Notes: generated from the letters alone by a model not told the origin. Positions 13,001-24,697 are shown, counted from the first letter of the stretch. The stretch is DNA of 36,695 bases from Macrostomum lignano (GCA_002269645.1 NIVC01000142.1:810493-847187), one strand, 5' to 3'. A program made the numbers and translations.

Positions 13001-13861
13001 AGGGAATAGCGGGATCAGGGAAGGTTGGGAGGGAATAGCGGGGATCAGGGAAGGTTGGGAGGGAATAGCGGGGATCAGGGAAGGATGGGAGGGAATAGCG
13101 GGGATCAGGGAAGGATGGGAGGGAATAGCGGGGATCAGGGAAGGCTGGGAGGGAATAGCGGGGATCAGGGAAGGATGGGAGGGAATAGCGGGGATCAGGG
13201 AAGGCTGGGAGGGAATAGCGGGGATCAGGGAAGGATGGGAGGGAATAGCGGGGATCAGGGAAGGCTGGGAGGGAATAGTGGGGATCAGGGAAGGATGGGA
13301 GGGAATAGCGGGGATCAGGGAAGGATGGGAGGGAAAAGCGGGGATCAGGGAAGGCTGGGAGGGAATAGCGGGGATCAGGGAAGGATGGGACGGAATTTCA
13401 AGCATCAGGGGAGGATGGGGGAAATGCGGGTGAATATAATAGTATAAAGTACATGCCAGGCAATTCAAAATGAACTGAGTATGTGTATATTGGTGCTGAA
13501 TCGACCGCATCAACACCTGTAGCAAACTTTGTTTCGGTACTTTCTAGCATGCTCGGTGCACCTGAACGACTATTTGAATTGGCACCAACTGTGCTTGTGG
13601 CTGCCTCAGCACGTGGCCCGTGGCTACACGCTGTTGCACTTTGCCTGCGCCTACTGCAAGCCGCCGCTCATCAAAGCGCTGTTGAACCATGGCGCCAATC
13701 CGACCCTCTTAACGGCGGTGGCAACTCAGAATGGGAGACGGTGCAACGCTTTCGAAATTTGCAGCCAATTACAGTCGCCCGAAACTGTGTCCGTTGTCAC
13801 GCAGATGATGCTGGAAGCCTGCAGTGCGAGTGGCTGGCCGGTTCAGGAGCACTTGGCTTAA
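10097..13861 (+). CDS. Ankyrin-repeat-containing protein with long low-complexity N-terminus (probably 4 exons; internal boundaries partly unresolved)
   Basis: Exon 1 from ATG 10097 (MKKWVQNLF..) to ~10718-10762; exon 2 ~10819-10892 (LDADEVLQRH..NDT, donor GTTAGT); exon 3 ~12196-12540 (SLNRLDVVKRLF, GRTCLYAFAANYNLEGVRF; donor GTAGGG); exon 4 ~13548-13861 with a clear ankyrin repeat GYTLLHFACAYCKPPLIKALLNHGANPT. At least one frame discontinuity near 12220-12245. Confidence 0.6.
11038..12122. repeat. Composite 19/24-bp minisatellite (CCATCTAGCAGCTGTCACT / CCATCTAGCAGTTGTTTGTCACCC), ankyrin gene intron 2
   Basis: Directly visible. Confidence 0.96.
12590..13400. repeat. 30-bp G-rich minisatellite (GGGGATCAGGGAAGGATGGGAGGGAATAGC), ~27 copies, ankyrin gene intron 3
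   Basis: Directly visible; produces the spurious GIREGWEGIA / GGNSGDQGRM ORFs. Confidence 0.97.
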
Positions 13862-13904
13862 CAATTGTATTTCCACCTCGGTTCTTTTGAGGTGCAAATG
13901 TTGT

Positions 13905-14425
13905 AGTAGACAGTCTGGGTCATAGATAGTGTGCCATAGTCCACGGCATGGACATTCCGTGTCATAGACGATCTGTCATAAATAGTCTGGGTCATAGACA
14001 GTCGTGTCAAAGACAGTCTGGGTCATAGACAGTCCCATGTCAAAGACAGTCTGGGTCATAGACAGTCGTGTCAAAGACAGTCTGGGTCATAGAAGTCGTG
14101 TCAAAGACAGTTTGGGTCATAGGCAGTCCCATGTCAGAGACAGGCTGGGTCATAGACAGTCCCATGTCATAGACAGTCCCATGTCAGAGACAGTCCCATG
14201 TCAGAGACAGTCTGGGTCATAGACAGTCCCATGGCAGAGACAGGCTGGGTCATAGGCATAGCCAATCTGTAGCATAGCTAGTCTGGGTCATAGACAATCC
14301 ATGTCAGAGACAGTCTGGGTCATAGACAATCCATGTCAGAGACAGTCTGGGTCATAGACAATCCATGTCAGAGACAGTCTGGGTCATAGACAATCCATGT
14401 CAGAGACAGTCTGGGTCATCGACTG
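13905..14425. repeat. Modular minisatellite (AGACAGTCTGGGTCATAGACAGTCCCATGTC variants) just 3' of the ankyrin gene stop
   Basis: Directly visible. Confidence 0.92.
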
Positions 14426-15892
14426 TCTTTCAGCCAGTTAGTTCAAAGTCATGCAAGTGGTATTACTCGTTATGAAAACTAAACGCGAGTCCTGCTCTTT
14501 TAGGTAGCAAGACTACAACACAAGCATCCCACTCTTGATTTTGCTTGATTTTGATCTCTTGATCAAGTCGATGATCGAGAAGTTTCCTACAAAATTAAAA
14601 AAATCGATACCCATGCCATGTTAGCTGTTTGATGCATTCTATTATGCAATGGATGCCAATAAAAATATTTGTTTGCGTGTTGGACTGGCCGGACTAAATT
14701 CTCTTCGTCTCTTTTCAGAGAACGATACGACGTATCATTGGCCTCTTTAGTACGAGCGCATTGTACACTGATTCCGTTTTCGTTGATAACCTAAGCTCTT
14801 TTACCTGCTTACGTAATAAATTGATTGTCTTTCGAGCCAACAATAAAGTACAGTGTGTCGTGTATTAGCATGCATTATAATAGTACCAACAACAATACCT
14901 TTTATTTTTGTCAAGCCATGTAATGTCAGGGCTTGTAACTACGTGCTTAAAGTTCAATAATGTATAAATCTGCAAAGGTAAGATATTCTGTTTTACTGTA
15001 CATAACTCAATCTTGTCCTGCTTTAAATTGTCCTTTATTGTCTTTGGTTTCTTCCAGGCGGTACAGCCGTAACATTACTCTAAGTAGTTTTTAGCCGAGA
15101 GGGCAAGCTTTACAACTGCAGCGGGTTGAAACTGCTCAAAGTACAAGTAGATACTTCTAAACCCAACAGTGATACTCTGGCGCGACTGATATTCTGTAGT
15201 CTGCAGAACTCTCCAACTCAAAAATAGCATCAAGCCTCGAATTCACATGTGAACCGCATTGTTTTCCGTATTTTATTTATATCAATCTGTTTTTTAGGCC
15301 AGTTTAATTTCAACTAGAATTATACCTATTGAATACATACCATCATTTTGACTACATGAATTGATATGCTGGTTACTCTGCGCTGATTTCCCGCGGTTAC
15401 AATAAATTTTCGTTCGCTTCTTAACAAAATACGAGTGCCACAGACGCACATTTTTCTGCAACTCATTACTTGCGTGCCTTAATAAGGATAATTGTCACAA
15501 ACTTGTACATATTATAGGATGAGTTTATACTCAAGACCGTTTATTGTTTTAGAGCGAAATAAATTTTATGCCGATAATTTAATTATTGTATTGTATCGGA
15601 CATTTTTCCTTCATCAGAGATGTTTTTATTAATCTTGAAGACTGCCCGAAAATCGGAATATTTGTGTTAGCAAATTCTGTTAAATGATTTCTCCTACTTT
15701 TAATTATCTTCTAGCAGCGGAACATAAAACAAAATGTGCAGCAGTATGCTTTAAACGCCAAAATTGGCGCGACTGGTATTTAAAGCTATAAGGAACGCAA
15801 TATAATAATAATGCTCGGCAAACCATCGTCGAAGCTATATATATGTAAATTTTCACCATTCAAAGTAGAGCTAGAATCATCCATTCAGTCTA

Positions 15893-16600
15893 CTTCGGGT
15901 GTCCCAAATTTATTTAGACTTCTCGCTAAACTTAACAATATCAACTGCAGCAACAAACAAACCATCAGTCAGTGATGTAATCTCCTTGGCATTGAATAAC
16001 AGCGTCGCAGTGCTCCCAAAGTCGATGCAACTCCTGCTGCAGGCTCTCAATCTCCGGACCCCTTGTCCACTGCAACGTCGCCTCTTGAACTTCAACATGG
16101 TTCCCAAACTGGCGATGCTCAAAGTCTCGCTTCAGCCAAGAAAACAAAAAACGGTCACAAAGATTTAAATCTGGACTGTACGGAGCCTGGTGCAGCAATC
16201 GGATGCCTCTTCTCCATGAAATGTTGAGTTGCTGCAGCTGTGTGAGGCCGGGCGTTGTCCCACTGCCAGATGAAAAATAAAGTATTGTATTGGTAATATA
16301 GCTAGCTATACAGAAGGAAGAATTCCTAATTTTAACTTTATTTTTCAAGCCATAGACATCTAAATCACACTTGCATTAGTGTAGTTGTCTATGGTCTAAT
16401 GTCCAGATGGTTATGAAACTAATTTCGGCGAACCCAGAATCAGCGAAATGAGAATGTCGGCGAACCGAGAATCGGCGAAATGAGATTCGGCGAAACGAGA
16501 ATCGGCGAAATGAGAGGTACCCGTGGTGCGCTGACAGCTGTAGCTATAGTTCACTCTTCAAATAGCAGCAGTAATCTAAATAAATTTGGGACACATGAAG
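15893..16600 (-). mobile_element. Non-autonomous mariner (DD34D-type) deletion derivative, 708 bp, 26-bp TIRs, TA TSD
   Basis: Left TA+CTTCGGGTGTCCCAAATTTATTTAGA (15891-15918); right TCTAAATAAATTTGGGACACATGAAG+TA (16575-16602); 24/26 identity. Minus strand encodes WQWDNARPHTAAATQHFMEK[frameshift]GIRLLHQAPYSPDLNLCDRFLF..QCQGDYITD*; spacing between the last two Asp is ~34 if the frameshift is a 2-nt loss. Confidence 0.93.
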
Positions 16601-17231
16601 TATCAATTAATCCATATAACACGGAAAAATATTTAATAATTAATCAATACATGTACATGTTTCATTTTTATTATACCACTTCTATAAAACATATGCTAAA
16701 TTTTACATTTAAGCGTAGTGCGACACAATCTCGCGCTGTTTGTTCTAAATTAATTATTTTATCTCGAATTTCACAAGCGCATGTATATTCATTATTCACC
16801 CAGAATTCCTTAGTTAGTCTAACCGGGTCCTGGAAGCCCACAATTTATGCATGTAAATATTTTAGTCTCATTTTTAAAAGTATATTATAAATTTAAGTCG
16901 ACGACAAATTGTATTTCACCTCGCTGAACCACTCGCTGAATGGCTCGTTAAATCACCGTAAATGTAAATGTAACCACGCAAGGACTACTCAAGTAGAGTA
17001 GTTTAGTACTTTAGTAGTCCTTTGAATGTGACGTGATCTAGGCTTTTCACGAAGATCGGTTCCAGAACCAGAATTGGTAGGAAAATGAAAAGCATCGAAT
17101 CTTTTTATTCTTTTTCTGTCTAATTATATTTACTTCTCAAAAGATAAAAACATTTTTTATCTACGAGCTATAATAGAGAGAAATCAGTATTCTTTTTGAA
17201 ATGTTTGAAATGTTATTTCAAATTCGTCCTG

Positions 17232-17491
17232 GGGCCTTTTCATATTACCAATTCCAGAACCAGAATCGGTTCGGAATTCCAAGAAAAACAGCAGTATAAC
17301 TATTAAACTCTGTTAATATTTGACTGCCTTAACAACCTCACTTAGCACAATTTTTCACTTTCTTCTTGGCGATTGTCATTTAATAATAAAAACTTTATAG
17401 CACGTATCTCCCTCTAGTTATGGAGACTAAAAGTTATACTTCACAAATTGGTTCTGGTTCTAGAACCAGAACAAGCAATATGAAAAGGCCC
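17232..17491. mobile_element. PIF/Harbinger-like MITE, 260 bp, 15-bp perfect TIRs, CTG TSD
   Basis: GGGCCTTTTCATATT (17232-17246) / AATATGAAAAGGCCC (17477-17491); CTG on both sides (17229-17231, 17492-17494). A 3-bp TSD and GGGCC-start TIRs fit the PIF/Harbinger superfamily. Confidence 0.8.
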
Positions 17492-18074
17492 CTGTTGTTT
17501 CCATAGACAAGCGACAACGGTTTCTCGGACCGAATTCCAGAATCGGATCACGGTTCTAGAACCAAATCTGAAAACGGAACAGAATATGAAAAGCTTCGAA
17601 CCGATTCTGCTGGTTAACTGGGATCTGAAAAGGACTGAAAAGACAAATCGGTAAATGTATATTATAACAATTTAGTACCTAAATATGTTAGTTTTTAACA
17701 AAATGATGGTATGAAAAAAGCACAATAACTTATTAAGTTTTCATTATAAGTAAATATTAGCATTCGGTTTAATCATATTTGCCAATCAGAAAGCCAACTT
17801 TCTTTTCCTAGAATGGGCAAATAATTAACCTGAATGGTGTGTGTCGCGTGACGTGTGTATCAGGGTGCTTTGATTTATCACTTTTATATCGAAAGTAAAG
17901 CTCAGCCGGCCGCCTAGAATAGACAGAGCTCTGACAACCTAAATACGTGACTTGTATAACATCAATGCAGAATTCTCCGCAAAAAAAAGCAATTGACTTT
18001 TTTAATGTTGACAATTCGAAAATTAAGTTTAATGTTTATATACACATGTTATACATTGTATACATATACACTAA

Positions 18075-18317
18075 GGTGCTCTTCACGGCAATCGGTTCTA
18101 GAACCAGAATAGATTCGAGTTCTAGAACCAGAACCGGTGTGAAATGAGGAGCTTTGAACGCATGACGCATAAATGGTTCGATAAAATTTCTCGAACCATA
18201 TTCTAGAACCAAAACCATGTTCCGGAACTGATTCTGTTTTTTGAACCATCAATTCGAAGAGCATCAAACCGGTTTAGAACCGGTTCCGTTTTTTGAACAG
18301 GCGATATGAAGAGGCTC
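18075..18317. mobile_element. More degenerate copy of a related MITE family
   Basis: TAA-GGTGCTCTTCAC ... ATGAAGAGGCTC-TAA ends (8/12 inverted match); same internal GGTTCTAGAACC(AGAA) motifs as the 17232-17491 element. Confidence 0.5.
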
Positions 18318-18565
18318 TAAGTGGTAATATCATTTTGTGTAGATATCTAAGAGGCTCGAACTTTAAGCTTAATTGAGAAGCTTTTTATACCACACTGTCA
18401 CTAGCAAAAAGCCATAAAGTTGTTGAGTTGATGCTTTTTTCTTTGGTAATTATATCATATTGGCATATAGCCTATATATAGGTTTCTGTTCTAACTCCAA
18501 TACAATAAAAAAATCCTAAGCTAATGAGTTATACCCAATTAGATTTATAATATTTAGTGTTATTT

Positions 18566-18572
18566 ATATTAA

Positions 18573-18609
<37 letters not shown>

Positions 18610-18612
18610 GTA
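18566..18612. repeat. (ATT)n microsatellite
   Basis: Directly visible. Confidence 0.95.
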
Positions 18613-20161
18613 TTATTTATATTATATAACAAATAATATAACCAAATGATATAGGCTGCAAAATGGCAATTTTTTACTTTACTGTGTTTAATTACTTTTG
18701 TATATCGTGGCTTTTTCATTGATCCACATAAACACTGAGGGGTCATGGGCCTATGTCAAGGCAAAGTTCTGGGCAAGGCAACTTCCTGTACTGGGTGGCT
18801 CATTATTACTGACTAATTGACTTACCTGACACTTAAAGACACCCACCTTTTATCCTCTTACCATCTTTATGTTCTGAAATAAAAAAACAGTTAAATTAAT
18901 TAAATGTACTAAAGTAAAAGATTGCCAAAAGATTGATTGTACAAATTTTACCATGGCCCTATTATTAGCAACTATTATTGGCAAGGTTCCTAACTTCCTA
19001 CCTAGATAGTTTTAGGACTTGCCATTTGTAATAATGACTTCATTTTTATTGGAAAGATAACAAATAAGCCAGACACTTTGGTCTTAGACATTTCAATGCC
19101 AGACATTTTGGTGCTAGGCCTTTAAAAGTGTTTTAACTGATCTTTTATAATTTTTAGATGAGTTAGATATATGTACTGAGATATCCTGTAATTAACCAAA
19201 TATTATATTTATTAGAATAGAATCTTTGAATTAGCAAATAGCAACTTAAAATTATAGAAACTACTTTTTTCTTTATTAATTAATTTAAATACAAAGACCA
19301 AGGACAAGGGTAAATATAGTCGTCCTTGTTTGAATATCCAAATTCAATATATATGCTTTGTTTAATTTTCTTTGCCTTCAAATGTATCACAAAATTAATG
19401 CGCAAGTTTAAATAAATTATAATACAGTTTAACTAGACAATTTAACAATATGCCAGGTTGCAGATGCCCAATTGCAACTTAGTTCCTCTCTATTGTGACT
19501 TAGTTCCCCTGATTGCCCAGACTCCGGATGGTATACATGTATGCTAGAATTTTCTGGCATAAAAAGGGATCTAGATTACACCATTGGCATACAACTTGGC
19601 ATACAAAGGAGCCTGGCATACCCTCTTGGTGTATAGCTTGGCATATAGAGATTGCCAAGACTAGCAGATGGGACCAAAAGTTCCAAGTCCCAACAATCAA
19701 TCTACATGTACATAATTAGCATACAAAAATGATTAAGTTTGCATTTGGCGTAGTCTCAATGTACATAGTTACAATAGCTAAATTTTGTTTAGAAAGAATA
19801 GCCAGCGCGCCTTTACAAAAAAAACAGAAAACCAAATAAAAAAACTGGAAAGTAAATTAAGTATTAAGTTAAAAATAACTTTTCTAGGAAAGTAAAAGTA
19901 AAACAAAAATAGGTAAAATAAACTAGTTCTCTACAGTTTAGTAAAAAGATTTTCAGTTTTAGCACATAAGTTGTTTAATTATTAAAATTTTGCAAGCTTT
20001 TAATATTAATTGTAATTTTTTTTGGCATATTTTTGTATGCGATAAAAAGTTCGTTGGCGTACATTGGCATGCATGAGCTACGAAAGCAATTTTCATTCTA
20101 GCATACAGCGGTACATGATCCTGACCCTGGCTGATTGCAACTTAATTTTCATTTTATACAT

Positions 20162-20305
20162 GACTTTTCTTTTCTTACCTTTTTTCTCTTTTCTTCTCTT
20201 TCTCTTTCTCTTTCCCCCCTCTCTCTCCTCTCCCTCCTTTTCTTTTCCTTTTGTCTTTTTCTCCTTTCTTTCTTCTCCCAATTTTTCATTTTTTACATTT
20301 TTGAT
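20162..20305 (+). repeat. Polypyrimidine (CT-rich) low-complexity tract ~630 bp upstream of the RRP4 ATG
   Basis: Almost exclusively C/T on the + strand; produces the spurious F/S/L- and K/E/R-rich ORFs. Confidence 0.9.
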
Positions 20306-20936
20306 TTTGCAACTCACTTTGGCCAGCAGCCATTTCACCCATCTAGTTGGGATGGATCGGATGTGTGTTGTGCATGTATGAAAATCAAGCAAAATTTTCA
20401 ACTATACTTTATAACTAACATAAAAAACTGACTTGTTGAATTCTGATTGTATCTTTCTATTATCTCTATTTATAACATATAAATTGCATAACATGCTTTT
20501 TAGTGATCATTAGTTGACTGGCTGAATTGTGACTTCAACTTTAATTGTCACTATAAAACAGAATATTTGGTATATACATTATGATTATTTTTAAATACTC
20601 TTTCTTTTACTATTAAAAAGCCCTTCATTTAAATTAAAATTAATCCTTAAAACCTTTCATATAATGAAAAAAATGAAGTAAAAATGTACTTTCTATTGGA
20701 TGATTAATTTTTATATCAATTATTTATTGAAGCAGAGATTTGTGTTAAATTATGACCATGATAATGCTATATTATAAATTTATTTCATAATTAATTATAG
20801 ATTTTACAATTAAAAGCATACTTTAAATTAAGCTGGAATGAAAGCTAGAAAGTTTTGACACTTGCTCCTTTTAATTTGCTGATAGTCCAATGCCAAAGTA
20901 CTTATGCTATAATCTTCAGTAAAAAAGCATTTGACA

Positions 20937-23900
20937 ATGCAATCGGCACCAGACGATGAAGAAGTGGACAGTCTCAGCATCAGGCTGGTTGGTCTGAATG
21001 AAAACTACCCAGTCCGTTTGAACTGGAATGACCTTGGGGTCCAATTCAGCAAGCAATCTATAGTTGTACCTGGCGATCGATTAACTAGGTAAATATAACT
21101 TTATTCAGTTTTGAGCATGGATTATAATAATGACTAGATCGGCCACTTTGATATATTTGATTGGTTCCACAGCTTCTCTACTTTCAGTTCAGTGGCAATA
21201 AAAGATGTGTAAGCTACAAGTGCTGTTTGTTGGGTTAGCGATCGTTTGCGTATAACTTTTCACTGCTTAAAGAGCAAAATTCAATGCTTCAATTGAGTGT
21301 TGAGTAGCTTCTCAAGGTCATTCGGTTGCTTATGGCTCATAAGTGACGAGGTCCAAGAAAGTGAATAGCGATTTCAACCTGACTAGCTAGCGAGAAGGCA
21401 TGGATGGAGCTGTCCAATTCGCTGACTGAAGGTGGGTGAAAGTTATCGGCCTCAAGCGCGAGTACATCGAAGCAGCGTTGATCGCTATCCCAACGAACAG
21501 CCCAGTTGTATTTTATAAAGAGAAAGGCAGTTGGTGTGACTTGCCACTGGTGCAGGAGTAATGTACATTAGCCAGCGGCAATAAAAGTGGCTAGCTAGAA
21601 CACCAAAAAAGACAATAAAAGTTGTGCGCTGTGAGCAGCTGGCAGAGATCTGATGCGGAAATGTGCAGTTGCAGGGGTTCAACTTGAGGCATAGGGGGGT
21701 CCTGTTCTTAAATGCATCAAAATTCTGAACCAAAAAAGCTTACACGCTTATGTGCTGAGTGGCGCATCCTAGCTGTTGACTGTTTATCAATACGAGACAG
21801 GCCTGTCATCTCTTGCACTCAAATCAACTGTCCTTATCTGTGCAGATCGCGCGAGTTCATACCTGGCCACGGCACCCTGCGCCGTACAGTTGAAGCCGGC
21901 AGCGGCAACGCCTCCTTTGCTGCCGGTCGTCGACAGAAACAAAATGACGACAACGCCGAGGACAATGATGAAGATGATGAGGATGAGGACGAGGAGGGAG
22001 CTTGGGAGCTGGCCGCCTCAGTTGCCGGGCGTCAGCACGTTGTGAACAAGCTGCTCTGCGTCCTGCCTGGCCGGTCGCGCTACGCCGGCGAAATTGGCGA
22101 CGTTGTTGTCGGCCGAGTTCAGGAGGTGGCTTCTCGAAGGTGGCGAATCGATGCCAATGCCAGGTTCGAATACAGCTGGGTTGCGCCTGACTTGCGATCT
22201 AATAGATCATAGTTTTCTGGGTGCACTAGCTAGAGGATGCAGCAAGTGACAGATCCCAGCAGTAACTGGAGTGAGTGAGTGACAGATCCCAGCAGTAACT
22301 GGAGTGAGTGAGTGACATATCCCAGCAGTAGCTGTAGTGAGTGAGTGAGTGACGGATCCCAGCACTAGCTAGCGTGAGTGACATATCCCAGCAGTAGCTG
22401 TAGTGAGTGAGTGAGTGACAGATCCCAGCACTAGCTAGCGTGAGTGACATATCCCAGCAGTAGCTGTAGTGAGTGAGTGACAGATCCCAGCAGTAACTGG
22501 AGTGAGTGAGTGACATATCCCAGCAGTAGCTGTAGTGAGTGAGTGAGTGACGGATCCCAGCACTAGCTAGCGTGAGTGACATATCCCAGCAGTAGCTGTA
22601 GTGAGTGAGTGAGTGACAGATCCCAGCACTAGCTAGCGTGAGTGACATATCCCAGCAGTAGCTGTAGTGAGTGAGTGACAGATCCCAGCAGTAACTAGAG
22701 TGAGTGAGTGACATATCCCAGCAGTAGCTGTAGTGAGTGAGTGGGTGACGGATCCCAGCACTAGCTAGCGTGAGTGACATATCCCAGCAGTAGCTGTAGT
22801 GAGTGAGTGAGTGACAGATCCCAGCAGTAACTAGAGTGAGTGAGTGACAGATCCCAGCAGTAGCTGCAGTGAGTGAGTGACAGATCCCAGCAGTAGCTGC
22901 AGTGAGTGAGTGACAGATCCCAGCAGTAGCTGGAGTGAATGAGTGACAGATCCCAGCAGTAGCTGGAGTGAGTGAGTGATAGATCCCAGCAGTAGCTGGA
23001 GTGAGTGAGTGACAGATCCAGAAGTAGCTGGAGTGAGTGAGTGACAGATCCTAGCAGTAGCTGCAGTGAGTGACAGATCCCAGCAGTAGCTGCAGTGAGT
23101 GAGTGACAGATACCAGCAGTAGCTGCAGTGAGTGAGTGACAGATCCCAGCAGAAGCTGGAGTGAGTGAGTGACAGATCCCAGCAGTAGCTGCAGTGAGTG
23201 AGTGACAGATCCCAGCAGTAGCTGCAGTGAGTGAGTGACAGGTCCCAGCAGTAGCTGCAGTGAGTGAGTGACAAATCCCAGCAGTAGCTGGAGTGAGTGA
23301 GTGACAGATCCAGAAGTAGCTGGAGTGAGTGAGTGACAGGTCCCAGCAGTAGCTGCAGTGAGTGAGTGACAGATCCCAGCAGTAGCTACAGTGAGTGAGT
23401 GACAAATCCCAGCAGTAGCTGGAGTGAGTGAGTGACAAATCCCAGCAGTAGCTGGAGTGAGTGAGTGACAAATCCCAGCAGTAGCTAGGTGACTAACCAG
23501 ACCCGAGTTCCTAATGCCCTGTAGTCCATCCTGTCCAGGCTGCAGGCGACTCTGCACCTGAGCGGCGTCCTTCTACCCGGCGAAGATTTGCGCCGCAAAT
23601 CGGAGGAGGACGAGCGAGCGATGCGCGCCGTACTGGCCGAAGGCGATCTAGTCAGCGCCGAGGTTCAATCCGTGCAGGCCGACGGCTCGCTGGTGCTGCA
23701 CACGCGGAATGCGCGCTACGGCCGCCTCGGCCAGGGCACGCTGGTCCGGGTGCCGCCGGCGCTCATCAAGCGGAGCAAGACGCATTTCCACTCCCTGCCC
23801 TGCGGAGTCACCCTGGTGTTGGGCATGAACGGCTACAGTTGGTGCGGCCCAACGCCCGGACAGTCAGACGTCCGGGAGCCGCTGGCCAGTCCGGCTGACC

Positions 23901-24172
23901 GGTCGGAAGTGGCCCGGGTTCGAGCCTGCGTTCGCTTATTAGCCGTCAATCACGTGCCGCTATACGACACCAGCGTGATGCAGGCGTACGAGGTCGCACG
24001 CGAGTCGCCTGTGGCGCTGCTGTCCCGGCCAGACGAGCAGCTTCGGGTGGCCCGACTTGTCGCCGAACAGCTGCTGACCGCCGAGGTTGGCGAGGCTCAG
24101 CCAGGCGGCGGCGGATTCGGATTGCACAGCGGTGACCTGATCAGTGGCGGCGCATTGTCTGCTGTGCATTAG
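20937..24172 (+). CDS. EXOSC2: RNA exosome cap subunit RRP4 (EXOSC2), 3 exons, 367 aa
   Basis: Exons 20937-21088, 21846-22163, 23539-24172 join in frame (1104 nt, no frameshift). RRP4 motifs: IVVPGDRLT, FIPGHGT, ASVAG..VNKLLCV..RYAGEIGDVVVGRVQEVASRRWRID, LRRKSEEDERAMRAVLAEGDLVSAEVQ, DGSLVLHTRNARYGRLGQG, ILVLGMNGYSW-type KH region (VTLVLGMNGYSW). Confidence 0.96.
22234..23486. repeat. ~29-37-bp minisatellite (GTGAGTGAGTGACAGATCCCAGCAGTAGCTG[C/G]A core), RRP4 intron 2
   Basis: Directly visible; produces the spurious SLTHSSYCWD ORFs. Confidence 0.97.
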
Positions 24173-24673
24173 GAGAGACAAAGCAGTTGGCTGTAGGATT
24201 AGGAATATCTGAGGCTGCGACCACACCCAGATACCATAGTAACTAGGATGGGCCCACAGATCTGTGTCGGCAGTTCGGTAGAAATTCTCTGTGTTCCAGT
24301 CGCGATCTGTAAGCATCATGCCCTTGATGCGGTCACGATTTTTTTTTAAAATGGACTTTGTTGGACTACTGTTAGTAGCCAGTGTAGGTCCGTTTGCAAA
24401 ATGTAATTGGCCCGACATTCTAATTGCATTTTACTAGTTTTTACGTATTTATAAAGCTGGCTGCAGTTTGTCTTGAAGTCGCTGTTATTCTGTGTCTAAT
24501 TAAATTGTGTCCATAATAACTTGAAGCTTTTATGTCGAATGATACTTAATTTTTTGACTACCTGTTTAGCTTATGTTGTTTGTTCATTTTTGTAAGCATA
24601 AAGCTTTGTTAGAAACTCTGTCAGGGAATCCCCTGTGCACCGTGTATACCGCCTTGACTTGCCCGCCAGTAAA

Positions 24674-24697
24674 TTAATTAACTGTCTGTCTCCGCAG
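24674..24697 (+). other. Branch point + 3' splice acceptor 28 nt upstream of the VPS54 ATG (candidate intercistronic trans-splice site)
   Basis: TTAATTAAC TGTCTGTCTCCGCAG|CATCAG..GAAATG. Confidence 0.65.

Noticed and set aside
12589-13525. Collagen- or glycine-rich-looking ORFs (GGNSGDQGRM, GIREGWEGIA)
   Set aside because: 30-bp intronic minisatellite; frames switch at 1-nt indels.
14960-15260. Minus-strand fragment TAWKKPKTIKDNLKQDKI, vaguely like a Penelope RT-GIY-YIG linker
   Set aside because: Too short, interrupted by stops, and no RT or endonuclease motifs nearby.
18740-20140. Repeated TGGCATA/TATGCCA words and short ORFs, possibly an old DNA element
   Set aside because: Could not define termini, TSD or a protein motif.
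20064-20431. Lys/Glu/Arg-rich and Phe/Ser/Leu-rich ORFs
   Set aside because: By-products of the polypyrimidine tract.
22226-23557. Overlapping minus-strand ORFs (SLTHSSYCWD..)
   Set aside because: Antisense translation of the RRP4 intron 2 array.
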